The notes: generated by a model from the letters alone, not told the origin. 64,000 bases of DNA from an uncultured Desulfobacter sp. (GCA_963665095.1 OY762069.1:4480001-4544000); one strand, 5' to 3'; counted from the stretch's first letter, positions 51,110-62,500 are shown. Numbers and translations: made by a program.

Positions 51110-54100
51110 CAGATCTTCCTCCTTTTCCAGCCAAAGACCAGCAGGGCAAGGCCCAGGGCCACGATCACCATCACGGCCCAGGAGGAGCCCGAGGAGGTCA
51201 TCTGGGTCTTTTCAGCCTTTTCCTCCACCATCTCATAGCCTTTGATCTTTTTGTCGTCCTCTTTCCTGGCCGTCATCTTTTCTTCTTCTTTCAAAGGCTC
51301 AACCTTCTCCTCCTGCCGGTTCTTGGCCGAGGCATCTGCCAGCTCCTTGCGCATTTCCTGATGAGCCGCCTCATGTTCAGCCTGGGTTTTGCCCACAGCC
51401 TTGGCAACGGTCATCTTGAACTGCTCAATCTGTTTGGGGGTGAGCAGACCGTAAAGGGAGACAATATTGGTGACAAACTTCTGGAGCATGGGGTTGTTGC
51501 AGGTATGCTCACAGCAGGCCACGCCCTTTTCAATGACATCCAGGGCATATTCCCGGGCCAGGTCCTTTTTAACCTCTTCCGGGGCTTTCCAGTAGCCTTT
51601 GCGGTCGGCCTCCAGCATACGTGCGGCCATGGACTCCCGGGCCCAGGGGTTATTTTTGTCAAAGAACTCCTTGAGCTCCATGCCATACTTGTCCTGGATA
51701 TAGACCTCATAGATCTGCTGCCATTGGGTACCGTCCACGGCAAAGGGGGTGACCACCTGCCATCCCCAGAGATGTTCGGTGAACCGGTTCATCTCCCGGG
51801 CACCGGCGTAGTTCTCCTTTTTCATACCTTCAATCCATTTGGGGTTAAGGTATCGGGAGCGCAGCTCCTTACCGATGGCGGTTTCAATGTCCTCCACAAA
51901 GGCGTTGTCCGGATCTGCCTGGTTGGAGAGCACCACCTCGGGATAGCTTCCCTTGACCCGTTTGACCGCCAACGCCAGCCCCCCGAGCTCGGAAAAGACC
52001 CCGTCCGTATCCAGGCTTTTAAAGATGTTGGAAGAGCGGCTGTGCATGGTGATGTCCACCCCTTCCAGGTTCTTCTTGTATGCGGATTTTAAAGGCTTGC
52101 CCCAGATGCCTTTGCCATAGCCGAAAGAGACGAAATTGATAAAGACATCGGCTATTTCATCATCATTTTCCCAGGTGCCCGAGGCCGGTACCAGGTCTTC
52201 AATGGTGTTACCGTAGGAGCCGGGCTCGTTGGAGAAGACCCGCAGTTTTTTGAGCCGGTCGGCATCTTCCTTTGAATAGCCCTTTTCCACCAAATATTTT
52301 CCAATGGTCTCGTTGTGAAGGGCGATGAAGTTTTCCACATCTTTAAGCTGTCCCGCCTTTTGCACGGCCTCGTCCAGCAGCAGGATCAGGCTGGGAAAGT
52401 TGTCCCGGAAAAGGCCTGACACCTGCATGTGAACGTCAATGCGGGGACGCCCCAGCACCTGGCCCGGGATGGGTTCAATACCCCTGACCTTGCCGTTTCC
52501 GTCCCACACCGGCTCCATACCCAGCAGGTACAGGGCAGTGGCCACCTGGGTGCCTTCGTTGCGCTGCAGCTCAATGCTCCAGAAGACCAGGGCAATTTTT
52601 TCCGGAAATTTGTTGTGTTCCTTTTTATACTTGTCAATAAGCTGTTCAGCCTGTTCTTTACCGATCTGCCAGGCATCCCGGGAAGGTATCTTGGCCGGGT
52701 CAAATCCGTAGAAATTGCTGCCCGTGGGAATGGCTTCAGGGTTGCGCAGGGGGTCGTTGGCCTCGCCGGCCGGCACATAGCCGCAGGAGAGCCCGTTAAC
52801 CAGATGATTGATCTCCCGGTCGCACTGGCCCAATTTCTCTTTGACCCCGGCAAGTTTGAGTTCCGGGTTGCGCTCCACAATCAGGTCGGCAAACTCATCC
52901 AGGGCCTCTCCCTGGGGTGAATCTCCAAAGGTGTGCAGGCCGTAGGGCAGCATGGATTCATTGATTTCCAGCAGATAATGCTCTACCTTTTCCACAGCTT
53001 CCTCATCAAAAGCCTCAATCTTGAGATCCTTTAACAGGCCCAGCTTTTCCACCATATCCTGGATACGCACCCGTTTTTTTGCAGCCAACTCCGGATTGTT
53101 CTCCATGGTCTGGCTGTATTGGGAGATGAGATCGGACAGCTCTGAATACTCGGCATAAGACCCTGCCTTTTTCATGGGCGGAATGAGATAATCAATGATC
53201 ACAGCCCTTCCCCGGCGCTTGGCCTGGACCCCTTCGCCGATATCATCCATGACATAGGGGTAGATGTTGGGCAGATTCTGGATCAGCACCTCGGGGCAGT
53301 CGGACTGGCCCAAGCCTGCCTGTTTGCCCGGCAGCCACTCATGGGTGCCGTGGGTGCCAAGGGAGATCAGGGCATCGGCCCTGAACCCCTTGGTCAGCCA
53401 CAGGTAAAAGGTGGTGTACTGGTGATGGGGCCACAGCGTGGTGGAGTGATACAGCTTGGTGGGTTCGTCGTGCCATCCCCGGTTGGGCTGGGGCACCAGC
53501 ACCACGTTGCCAAGCGTGACGCCGGGCAGAATAAACTCACCGTTCTTTTTCATGATCTTGCCCTGTTCGGGCGTTCCCCAGTCCGCTTCAATCTCACGCC
53601 GGTATTCAGGGTCAAGCCCGGCATACCACTCTTTGTATTGGGACACGGGCAGACGCACCACCTGGCCCTTGGCGATCATTTTGTCCAGCTCGCCAGGCGC
53701 CCAGGAGCCGATGTTGCGGCCCGTGGAGAGAATCAGCTCCTTGATATCCTCTTCCGTGGGCATCTTCCCTGTGACGGTGTAGCCTTCAGTTTTGAGACGT
53801 GCCAGGATCTTTTCAATGCTTCTGAACACATTCAGGTAAGTGGCCCCGACATTCTGCTTGCCCGGGGTGTGGTTCCAGAACATGATCACCACCTTTTTGT
53901 CCTTATTGGCCTTGGCTTTAAGGTTGAGCCAGGCCTGGACCCGGGTGATGAAGAAATTTAGGTTTTCATCAATGGCGTCATAGGTGTACAGATCTTTCCC
54001 GGTGAGTGCATCCTTTTGAACCACTTTGCCCCCGATGGCCGAAGGCTCGATCAGTCCGTACATCTCAGGATTTGCCATGGCATAGCTCACCTCCATGGGG

Positions 54101-55077
54101 CCTAGGCCCTGGGCATCTTTCCGCCACTCAGGCACTGTCAAAAAATGTACCCGGAAAGGACTTAACACCGGCACATTGAGCCGGGAAAAGAGCTCTTTGG
54201 CAAAGGCTGCGTCATGGGGAGAAAACTTAAAGGCCATGGAGGCCACCAGATCCACCCGGGAGAGTCCGGTTGCCGCATCCATGAAATAGGCATTTACGGA
54301 TTTGGACGCAGGGTATGAATAGACCGAAAGGACATTCAGACCGGCAGCCTCCAGTTTATTGATCAGTTTTTCCACCACTGCCCCGGTCTCCCCGGGGTAA
54401 ACATAGGTGTTCATCTCGGGAATGCCGATCCAGTAACCTTTTGGGTGATAATTCCCGCTGGCTTTGTACCACTTAAGATACGTGTCAAAATCAGAAAAAA
54501 CCGTTTCACTTTTTGGGTGAAAAATGCCCTGGGCAGGGACAATCTGGGGCAGAGCATAGGCGATATCGAGTTTCAGTTCCCGGTGCATGAGAAAATAGAG
54601 CAGGTTGCTTAAATTCTTCTGTGTCAAAGGATGGGTGTACCCCTTGACCTTTGGATCGGAAATAATTTTATCCGGATCATTGGGAACTGTGGAAAGCCCG
54701 AAAAGTTTGGTGCGGGAAAAATCCACCTCTTTAACGGCAAACTCCCGCAGGGTTCTGAACATGTCATCCACAAGAACGATTTTAGACTTTTTAATAACGT
54801 CCACATCAATGCGGTCGGCGGCCAGGTCTTCTTCCGTATAATACCGGACATCCACAGTGGCCGCATCCGGGTTCTGGCGGACCTGTTCCAGGGCGCGGCT
54901 TATTTTCCAGGAATAGGTGGAGCCGCCCAGAAAGGTGATTGTGTCTGTCTTTTCATTGGCCTGGGCTGCCGTCATGGCGGTGCTCGCCAGTATGCAGATC
55001 AGGGATAGTTGGAACAGTGTCAGGCCCCAAAAGACCCGGTGGAAAAAAACACGTACCAAATTTTGAAAGGATTTCAT
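51109..55077 (-). CDS. CobN/BchH-like chelatase subunit, paralogue 2 (exported, C-terminally anchored)
   Basis: SLGTHGTHEWLPGKQ, GEGVQAKRRG, RPRIDV, SGLFRD, LNPKWIEGM, CCEHTC; signal peptide; C-terminal TM plus KRRK. Confidence 0.92.
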   Translation of the reverse strand: MKSFQNLVRVFFHRVFWGLTLFQLSLICILASTAMTAAQANEKTDTITFLGGSTYSWKISRALEQVRQNPDAATVDVRYYTEEDLAADRIDVDVIKKSKIVLVDDMFRTLREFAVKEVDFSRTKLFGLSTVPNDPDKIISDPKVKGYTHPLTQKNLSNLLYFLMHRELKLDIAYALPQIVPAQGIFHPKSETVFSDFDTYLKWYKASGNYHPKGYWIGIPEMNTYVYPGETGAVVEKLINKLEAAGLNVLSVYSYPASKSVNAYFMDAATGLSRVDLVASMAFKFSPHDAAFAKELFSRLNVPVLSPFRVHFLTVPEWRKDAQGLGPMEVSYAMANPEMYGLIEPSAIGGKVVQKDALTGKDLYTYDAIDENLNFFITRVQAWLNLKAKANKDKKVVIMFWNHTPGKQNVGATYLNVFRSIEKILARLKTEGYTVTGKMPTEEDIKELILSTGRNIGSWAPGELDKMIAKGQVVRLPVSQYKEWYAGLDPEYRREIEADWGTPEQGKIMKKNGEFILPGVTLGNVVLVPQPNRGWHDEPTKLYHSTTLWPHHQYTTFYLWLTKGFRADALISLGTHGTHEWLPGKQAGLGQSDCPEVLIQNLPNIYPYVMDDIGEGVQAKRRGRAVIIDYLIPPMKKAGSYAEYSELSDLISQYSQTMENNPELAAKKRVRIQDMVEKLGLLKDLKIEAFDEEAVEKVEHYLLEINESMLPYGLHTFGDSPQGEALDEFADLIVERNPELKLAGVKEKLGQCDREINHLVNGLSCGYVPAGEANDPLRNPEAIPTGSNFYGFDPAKIPSRDAWQIGKEQAEQLIDKYKKEHNKFPEKIALVFWSIELQRNEGTQVATALYLLGMEPVWDGNGKVRGIEPIPGQVLGRPRIDVHMQVSGLFRDNFPSLILLLDEAVQKAGQLKDVENFIALHNETIGKYLVEKGYSKEDADRLKKLRVFSNEPGSYGNTIEDLVPASGTWENDDEIADVFINFVSFGYGKGIWGKPLKSAYKKNLEGVDITMHSRSSNIFKSLDTDGVFSELGGLALAVKRVKGSYPEVVLSNQADPDNAFVEDIETAIGKELRSRYLNPKWIEGMKKENYAGAREMNRFTEHLWGWQVVTPFAVDGTQWQQIYEVYIQDKYGMELKEFFDKNNPWARESMAARMLEADRKGYWKAPEEVKKDLAREYALDVIEKGVACCEHTCNNPMLQKFVTNIVSLYGLLTPKQIEQFKMTVAKAVGKTQAEHEAAHQEMRKELADASAKNRQEEKVEPLKEEEKMTARKEDDKKIKGYEMVEEKAEKTQMTSSGSSWAVMVIVALGLALLVFGWKRRKI

Positions 55078-56984
55078 TTGCTTGTCTCCTTGGAGGATTC
55101 GATGCCGGCGATGAGCGCCCCAAGCCCTTTGGCAACGGCCGGAGGAATTTCATCACAGGTACAGGGTGCCGGCGCAAGTTCCCTGCCGCAGATGGCAGCG
55201 GTAACTTTTCGGCAGGTTTGATCCCAGAACGGGCTGTCCGTGATCAGATCCTTTTCACGGGCATCGGCCACAGCCAGGGCAGATTCTAAAAACGAGGCAT
55301 ACCAGGGGTCGTCCATGAGCTGTTCAAGGCGTGCCACAAGGGGCCTAAATGCCATGGTGGTCTGAAATTTTCTGACCAGGGCTTCCAGGCTTAGGCCCCG
55401 CTCATCAAGCCGCTGAAAAACCGTTCTGCCGGGCAGGATACCATTCTGGCCGGCAATGGCCCGGGTGACGCCTTCATGAACCGCTTTTGCCATAAGCTCG
55501 GCAATCTTGCTGTGCCCGCCGGCATAGGCCACGTCCAGGCCGTCTCCCTGGATGATCAGCATATTGTCCGTGCCGGTTCCTGTGGCAGGATTGCGCCACC
55601 CGGTATAGGTGCTGCGGATATCCAAGTCTTCAAGCGCTGCGGTTTTACCCTCGGTGGCGGAGATAATGGCCCTGGACATGGCGGCAACGGAAAGTTTTCT
55701 GTTGACTGCCAGGATAATGTTAATGGTGCCGTGGGAGAAATAGTACCCCTGGTCCTTGGAAAACCGCATGGCATTGCCCCGGACCCCGGCTGTTACAAAG
55801 GCTGTCACCGAAAGGTCTTTAAACCGTTTCGTTGCCACGGCCAGATTATCCATATCAGCCCCTGTCATAAGTCCGGTAAATTTGCCTTTGCCAAAGCCTA
55901 AGTTTTTTTCGCACGTCTCCTGGACTCTTTTTACCCCGGTGCGCATATGCCCGAGACTTGCAGCCATGGGAATATAGGTGTTGCCGCACCCGTCCAAATC
56001 GGTTTGAAGACCGTTCAGGGTGGAAAGAACCGTCTGAGGCGTCTTAAAGCGGAGGACGAGACTCTTATATGGGGTGTCTGCCACCCGGTGGCCGACCACT
56101 TCAGCATCGGAAAGATAAGGCAGGCTGTCCGGTTCAATTGACACCGTACGATGCCACAATTTTTTATCCTGGGTCACAGCCCGGTCAGGATCGGCAAACA
56201 CCTCGGGATAGAGCATGGCAGAAAGCCACTGAACAAAATCCCCGGTGGCAGTTGAGACCCGGCAGGTCAGCTCGCAGGGAAACATGTAGATCCGGCCGTT
56301 TTTTACGGCATCCACAGTTTTAAAGTCATCCGTGGCCAGCAGTTCCCGAACCGCATCCGCATTGGCATTGCAGCCGTACACCACCTGAGGGTTAAACTTT
56401 TTCCAGGCCTTTGCATCCATCTGAACCCAGGAGCCGCTTTGCCCCCACTGGGGAGCAATGCCGCCGGCCGACCGGATCATTTCATTCTGAAAAGAATCAT
56501 CCCCGGGGCAGCTCAGAGACGTCCCACTGCCGATCACCCGGGCCACCCGAACCTTATGCAGATCCTTTTCCCGGGCCTGGTCAAAGGAATTCGTGGTAAT
56601 GGGCAGCACCTTAACGCCTTCGCCTACCGCTTTTTTGATCTGTTCGACTTTTTTCAAAGGACAGATCACCAGATCGGGTGCGAATGTTACGATTGCCGGG
56701 AGATCAAGGTTAAAATAACCACCAAGACTTTCGGCCTTAAGTGCGGCATGGTACATTAGATCCTGCCGGGTTACCGCCACGATTCTGTCTTCTCGGCCCA
56801 TGGCAGCAAGCATCTGAGTCACCCCGGGCGCAAGGCAGACGATGCGTTCCGGGGGACTGGAAAAGCTTATTTCCCGGCCGTCAGCTCCTTGAATCAAGGT
56901 TGAAGCGTTCCCTGCAAAACAGACCTGGCCTGCGCAAAGGAAGAAAGCAACACTAAAAACAATCAAAAAAATTCTGGTTTTCAT
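55074..56984 (-). CDS. cbiZ: BtuF-like periplasmic binding domain fused to adenosylcobinamide amidohydrolase CbiZ
   Basis: Signal peptide; PERIVCLAP, PDLVI, DAVKNGRIY (class III SBP); GLMTGADMDN, VTAGV.GNA, GTINIIL, TEGKTAAL, ATGTGTD, GGHSK (CbiZ). Confidence 0.85.
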   Translation of the reverse strand: MKTRIFLIVFSVAFFLCAGQVCFAGNASTLIQGADGREISFSSPPERIVCLAPGVTQMLAAMGREDRIVAVTRQDLMYHAALKAESLGGYFNLDLPAIVTFAPDLVICPLKKVEQIKKAVGEGVKVLPITTNSFDQAREKDLHKVRVARVIGSGTSLSCPGDDSFQNEMIRSAGGIAPQWGQSGSWVQMDAKAWKKFNPQVVYGCNANADAVRELLATDDFKTVDAVKNGRIYMFPCELTCRVSTATGDFVQWLSAMLYPEVFADPDRAVTQDKKLWHRTVSIEPDSLPYLSDAEVVGHRVADTPYKSLVLRFKTPQTVLSTLNGLQTDLDGCGNTYIPMAASLGHMRTGVKRVQETCEKNLGFGKGKFTGLMTGADMDNLAVATKRFKDLSVTAFVTAGVRGNAMRFSKDQGYYFSHGTINIILAVNRKLSVAAMSRAIISATEGKTAALEDLDIRSTYTGWRNPATGTGTDNMLIIQGDGLDVAYAGGHSKIAELMAKAVHEGVTRAIAGQNGILPGRTVFQRLDERGLSLEALVRKFQTTMAFRPLVARLEQLMDDPWYASFLESALAVADAREKDLITDSPFWDQTCRKVTAAICGRELAPAPCTCDEIPPAVAKGLGALIAGIESSKETSK

Positions 56985-57106
56985 TCACTGCCTGTTCATC
57001 AAAAAGGTGGGGGCGGCGTCAACGCCGGGTGGCATTGACGCCTTTCTAAAGCGGTGTGAGTGAACTTTTTCACCCACACCTTTGTACTAATTTCAAGCTG
57101 TTTCGA

Positions 57107-59083
57107 TTAAAAAGAGTAGTTCAGGCCCATGTACATGGTTCTGCCGGGGGCCGTATATCCCTGGACCATGGCGTAATCCCTGTTAAACAGGTTTGTAATT
57201 TCACCTTTAAGCGACATCTTTCCAGATTTTTCAAAGGCACACAGAACCTTGGAGAAGGAGATATCGACAATGGTATCGCCGCCAAGCCGGGTTTCGCCTG
57301 TTCCCTCGTAGTCTGTAATATCATGTTTGCCATAGTAGGTAAAAGTCAGGCAGGAGGTAAACTCCAAGGCCTCATTATTCAGCTTGAGTCCCCAGGAAGC
57401 ATTCCAGTGCTGGACATAGGAAAGGTCTTCGCCAGTAGCGTCATCTTCATACTTGGTCATATAGGTAATAGATCCGTAAGGAATCAGTTCCGTATTCCAG
57501 CCAAGCATAGCCCCCATGTCAAACTGCATGTTACCTTCAAAGCCTTCAAAGGTAGCACCTTCTACATTTTCGTACTGGGTTACGCCCAGATCGGAATTAT
57601 ATGAATAACTGATCTTGTTTTTATATTTGGTGTGAAAACCGGTCAGGCCGACAGTGACGCTATTTTTGATATAGTCAATTCCCATTTCATAGGTCTTGCT
57701 GCTTTCAGGGTCCAGATCCTCGTTCCCGGACCAGATGCCGAAGCCCCAGGCACTGTAATCAGTGTACATGTAAAGCTGTTCAGCTGTGGGCATTTTAAAG
57801 GCTTCAGCATAATTGGCGCGCACTGAAAAACCGGCCGGCAGCTTGTATACAGCACCTACACTCTTAGACCAGTTGTCGTTTTCCTTGCTTCTGCCGTCGT
57901 CACCTTCCACTTCGTACTCATCATAGCGGCCGCCCAGGGAGAGGATCAGTTTGTCATCCAGCAGAAAGGTTTTGGCCAGCAAAAAGAATGCGGGGTTGTC
58001 ATAGGTGTTGTCTTTACCCTCATCCGTATTTGTGTTGACAATGGAATAACTGGTCCAGTCAAAACCGCCGGTAAGATTCAGGAAGTCCCACTTGGCGGTA
58101 ACCTGTGCCTGGGCGCCCTTATGCTCTGTATTTCTGAAATAGGAAGCTTCTTCGCCGGGAGCGTCATAGGTTTCGTATTCATCTTTTCCCTGGAAGTAGC
58201 GCAAAGACCACAACAGAAATCCATCCATGGCCTGGCCGTCATAGAACATATCGGCAGACCGCAGGGCATGCTCAATACAACCTTCCAGATCATTATCGCT
58301 TAAATAATCAGGGGCCCCGATCTGGTTGCCTTCGTAATCGGAAAAAGAGAAACCGATCCGGTTCTTGGGCATGAAGGTATACCCCGCTGTGATATCGAAC
58401 TTATCCTTGGAGTCGTATCCGGTGTTGTAATAGTGGAGCCCGTCACCGGTATCATAATCACCCTGGGATGCTTTGGATGCACTTACGCTGAAATCAAAAT
58501 TGGCAACATCGCCGGAAAGATCCACCTGGCCTTTTTTGTAATCCCAGCTGCCAAGGGTGCCTTCAACAGATCCGTGAACTCCGTTGGAACCGCGCTTGGT
58601 GATGACGTTAATGACCGCGCCCATGGCGGACGCCCCATACTGGACAGATCCGGGACCCCGGATAATCTCCACCCGCTCCACATTGTCCATGGAAATTTTG
58701 GCCAGGTTGCCTGTGCCGGATCTGCGCCCGTCAATAAGGATCAGCACAGAGCTTGACAGGTCATTACCGTGGGTTTCGGTGTTAAACCCCCGGGCATACA
58801 CTGAAATAGTGGAATTCGGATATTCCCGAATCAGCAGCCCTTCTTTGGCAAGAACGTCGCTTAAGTCATCCGCAGAGAGCACTTCAAGCTCTTCGGGTCC
58901 ATACACCGTTACATTGGTGCTGACATTTTGTTTTTTTTCAAGAATTCTACTTGAAGTGACCACCATGGTCTCCTGGACCACAGTTTCGGTTTCGTCATTT
59001 GTCTGGTTTTCTGAGGCTGCCGCAGATTGAACAAAGGCCAGCAGAACAAAAGATACAGCAAGGAAAATCAGCTGCTTTTTCAT
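57107..59083 (-). CDS. TonB-dependent receptor, BtuB-like (first gene after the cobalamin riboswitch)
   Basis: TonB box ETMVVTS, LILIDGR, VERVEIIRGPGSVQYG, GNEDLDPE, NLFNRDY, PGRT, C-terminal Phe; AGGAG RBS. Confidence 0.93.
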   Translation of the reverse strand: MKKQLIFLAVSFVLLAFVQSAAASENQTNDETETVVQETMVVTSSRILEKKQNVSTNVTVYGPEELEVLSADDLSDVLAKEGLLIREYPNSTISVYARGFNTETHGNDLSSSVLILIDGRRSGTGNLAKISMDNVERVEIIRGPGSVQYGASAMGAVINVITKRGSNGVHGSVEGTLGSWDYKKGQVDLSGDVANFDFSVSASKASQGDYDTGDGLHYYNTGYDSKDKFDITAGYTFMPKNRIGFSFSDYEGNQIGAPDYLSDNDLEGCIEHALRSADMFYDGQAMDGFLLWSLRYFQGKDEYETYDAPGEEASYFRNTEHKGAQAQVTAKWDFLNLTGGFDWTSYSIVNTNTDEGKDNTYDNPAFFLLAKTFLLDDKLILSLGGRYDEYEVEGDDGRSKENDNWSKSVGAVYKLPAGFSVRANYAEAFKMPTAEQLYMYTDYSAWGFGIWSGNEDLDPESSKTYEMGIDYIKNSVTVGLTGFHTKYKNKISYSYNSDLGVTQYENVEGATFEGFEGNMQFDMGAMLGWNTELIPYGSITYMTKYEDDATGEDLSYVQHWNASWGLKLNNEALEFTSCLTFTYYGKHDITDYEGTGETRLGGDTIVDISFSKVLCAFEKSGKMSLKGEITNLFNRDYAMVQGYTAPGRTMYMGLNYSF

Positions 59084-59114
59084 CTTACACATCTCCTAAA
59101 TAGAGCCCGGGCAT

Positions 59115-59150
59115 AAAAAAACCCGGACTTTAAAAATAATTAAATCCGGG
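59115..59150 (-). terminator. Intrinsic terminator in the riboswitch expression platform
   Basis: CCCGGATTT...AAAGTCCGGG followed by T7 on minus strand, between the aptamer and the receptor RBS. Confidence 0.75.
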
Positions 59151-59217
59151 GATTTCCCAAACTATCCTTTAGGATCTGTTGCGCACGCGCCCCCAGTCCA
59201 CGAGGGTGCCGGCTTTA

Positions 59218-59400
59218 TGCTCAGACAGGTCTTCTGACTCCCGAGTCATCCTTGCCCTGCCCCTTCCCGGCAGTGACTGCCAGTGGTTTTTGCAGAGAAA
59301 GTCTTCGGTTACAGCGGCGGGCCCGTTCCTGACTTTAACAGGATTCCCTTGGACCGTCCATCCCCATGGAACGATCAAGCGGTTTTCACGCACCTGAGCA
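59218..59400 (-). ncRNA. Cobalamin riboswitch
   Basis: P1 TGCTCAGG / TCTGAGCA; AGGTGC, AAGGGAA, GCCCGCCGCTGTAA, CCACTG...GGGAAGG, B12 box AGTCAGAAGACCTGTC. Confidence 0.93.
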
Positions 59401-59527
59401 AATAATTTTGTAGGTTATTATTCCCTTTTGTCTGTATTGTCAATGGCGGAACAAAAACAGACCCGGTTAATTATTTGGGGGTCACCCTCCCTTTTACCAG
59501 CCGGTTAAATCTATTCCATATAAAAAA

Positions 59528-62500
59528 TTATACATCGGTTAATTTATATCCTGCAAACAGGAGCAGCAGGATGCCGGCGGCAATGACCATGACCTGCCAG
59601 GCAGAGCCCGAGGAGGTCACGGATGTCTCTTTTGCCTTTTCCTCCACCATTTCAAAGCCTTCGATATTTTTTTCTTTGGTTTGGGCCTGGGAATTTTCCG
59701 GCTGCTCAATCTCCTTGATCACCTTTTCAAGGCCCTGGCGGGCCTGTTTGTGCGAAGCGATTCTCTCTTCCAGGGGTTTGCCAGCTGCCTTGGCCAGTGC
59801 TATTTTAAATGCGTCCATCTGTTTGGGGGTTAAAAGGCCTGCCAGGGAAAGATAATTGGTGACATACTGCTGGAACATGGGGTTGTTGCAGGTGTGCTCG
59901 CAGCAGGCCACCCCTTTTTCAATCACGTTCATGGCAAAGGTTCTGGCAATATTTTTCTTCATCTCCTCCGGGGCTTTCCAGTAATCTTTCCTGTCCGCTT
60001 CAAGCATACGGGCCGTGATGGACTGAAGTGCCCATGGGTTATTTTTGTTAAAAAAATCGTTGAGGTCCTCTCCGTATTTATCCTGGACATAGACATCGTG
60101 AATCTCTTCCCAGTATTTACCGTCCACGGCCCAGGGGGAGGTAACCTGGAATCCCCACAGGTTTTCCACAAATTCGTCCATGGCTTTGGCACCGGAATAG
60201 CCTTCCTGTTTCATGCCTTCAATCCATTTGGGGTTGAAGTACCGGGTCCGCAAGGCCTTGCCAATGGCCTTGGGAAGATCGTCTATGTCCACATTTTTTC
60301 CGTCCTGCATCTGTGCCACAACTGTTTCCGGAAAAGCACCGGTCTGCTGCTTGACCGCCAGAGAGAGTCCGCCCAAAAATGCAAACATATCGTCATTGTC
60401 CAGCAAGTTATATACATTGGATGACCTTGTGTGCATGGTCATTTTGACATCTTTGAGGTTGGACAGGTAGCCGCTTTTTAAAGATTTCCCCCAGATCCGG
60501 CTGCCATAGGCATAGGAGTAATGATGGATAAACACATCTGCGATCTCCTTTTCATTCTCCCAGACCCCGCTATTGGGGATCAGCTCCTGCATTGCATGGG
60601 AATAGGCCCCGGGCATGGGGGCAAACACCCTGGCCCGGCTCAGGTCCCTGGCCTCTTCCGGGGCGTAGCCATTCTCAAGCAGGGCCGCCTCAATGGTCTG
60701 ATTGTGAATTGCCACAAAATTTTCCACATCCTTCAGGTCCGATGCCATGCGGACGGCCCGGTCCATGAGCTTGATCAATTTTGCATAGCTGTCCCTGAAA
60801 AGACCGGATGACTGGACAAGTACGTCAATTCTGGGCCGGTTAAGCACCTGGCCAGGGATGGGCACGATGTCCACCACCTGATCTTTTTTATCCCATACAG
60901 GCGTTATGCCTAACAGGTGAAACACGGCAGCCACACTGGCCCCTTCATTTCTCTGGAGCTCCGTACTCCAGAGAATCAGCCCCATTTTTTCCGGATAAAC
61001 CCCATGCTTTTCCCGGTAGGTGGCGATCATCTCATCTGCCAGCTGTTTGCCCATGGACCAGGCTTCCTTTGACGGCACCTTGTCAATATTGAAGCCGTAA
61101 AAATTTTTCCCGGTGGGCACGGCATCGGGATTTCTGACAGGGTCATTGCCTTCAGCCGCTGCTATGAAGCCGCCGTTCAGGGCCTTGACAAGGGAAGCCA
61201 GCTCATTTCCCCCGCAGGCAGTGAGCCGGACTTTCATGTTTTCCAGTTTTATTTCAGGGCTGGCATCACAGATGGCATGGGCCAGGTCATCCAGGGCATC
61301 TCCGTCCGGGGAGACTCCGAAGGTGTGGAGACCGTAAGGAATCATGGTTTCCTGAAGCTCAAGTATATAGTGTTCCACCTCTTCAATGGTGTCATGGTCA
61401 AAGGTGTTAATGCCAAGATCATTATGAATGCCCAGCTTTTTTATCAGGGCTTCAACGCTGGAAAGTTTTTCTGCAGCAAGGGCGGAATCGGTCTTAAGGG
61501 CGCCATGGTAAGCATCAATCAGTGCGGTCAGTTTTCTGTATTCCATGTATTTCCCGCCTTTTTTCAGGGGGGGAATTAAATGGTCAATAATGACACCTCT
61601 GCCCCGTCTTTTGGCCTGGATGCCTTCACCCACATTGTCCACTATATAAGGATAGATATTGGGGATGTCCTGGAGCAGTATGTCGGGCGGGTCCGTGATG
61701 GACAGGCCGATCTGTTTTCCGGGCAGCCATTCATGGGTACCGTGCTTGCCCAGGCTGATGACGGCATCTGCCCGGAACTCTTTTTTCAGCCACAGGTAAA
61801 AGGCAATGTATTGATGGTGGGGGAAAAGTTTGGGGTCATGGTATAATTTTTCCGGGTCTTCCCCAAATCCCCTGGTCGGCTGGGGCATGAGTAAAAGATG
61901 TCCCATTCGGATGCAGGGAATGATGAAATTCTTATCCTTCATCATGATATCGGTGGATTCCGGTGTGCCCCACTGCTCAACCACATGGCGTTGAAAATCA
62001 GGCGGCAGCTCTTCAAACCACGCCTTATACCGGGGCAAAGAAATTTTTACAACGCTGTTATTGGCAATCAGCCTGTCCAGTTCGCCCGGTGCCCAGGAGC
62101 CCACGTTCCGGGCACCGGAAAGAATCCTTTTCTTGACCATCTCTTCGGTGAGTTTTTTGTTTTCAATGGTGTACCCCTCTTCTTTGAGCCGGGAGATGAT
62201 CGTGGCAATGGATCTGAAGCAGTTCATATAACTGCCCCCGATATTCTGCTTACCGGGTGGATGGTTCCAGTAAAGCATGGCAATCTTTTTGTCACAGTTG
62301 GATTTTATTTTCAGGTTTTGCCAGGCCTGAATCCGTTTGACCAGATAATCAATCTGGTCCGGTAAAGGCACCCTGTCGTACAGGACATCGGTCATGCCTT
62401 TAAGGCGCACCGATGTTTTGCCGCCCACCACCATGGGCTCGATGCCGCCGTTTTCCTCAGGAATGCAGACCTGCCAGGCTGTCCGAAGGGTGGAAATTCC

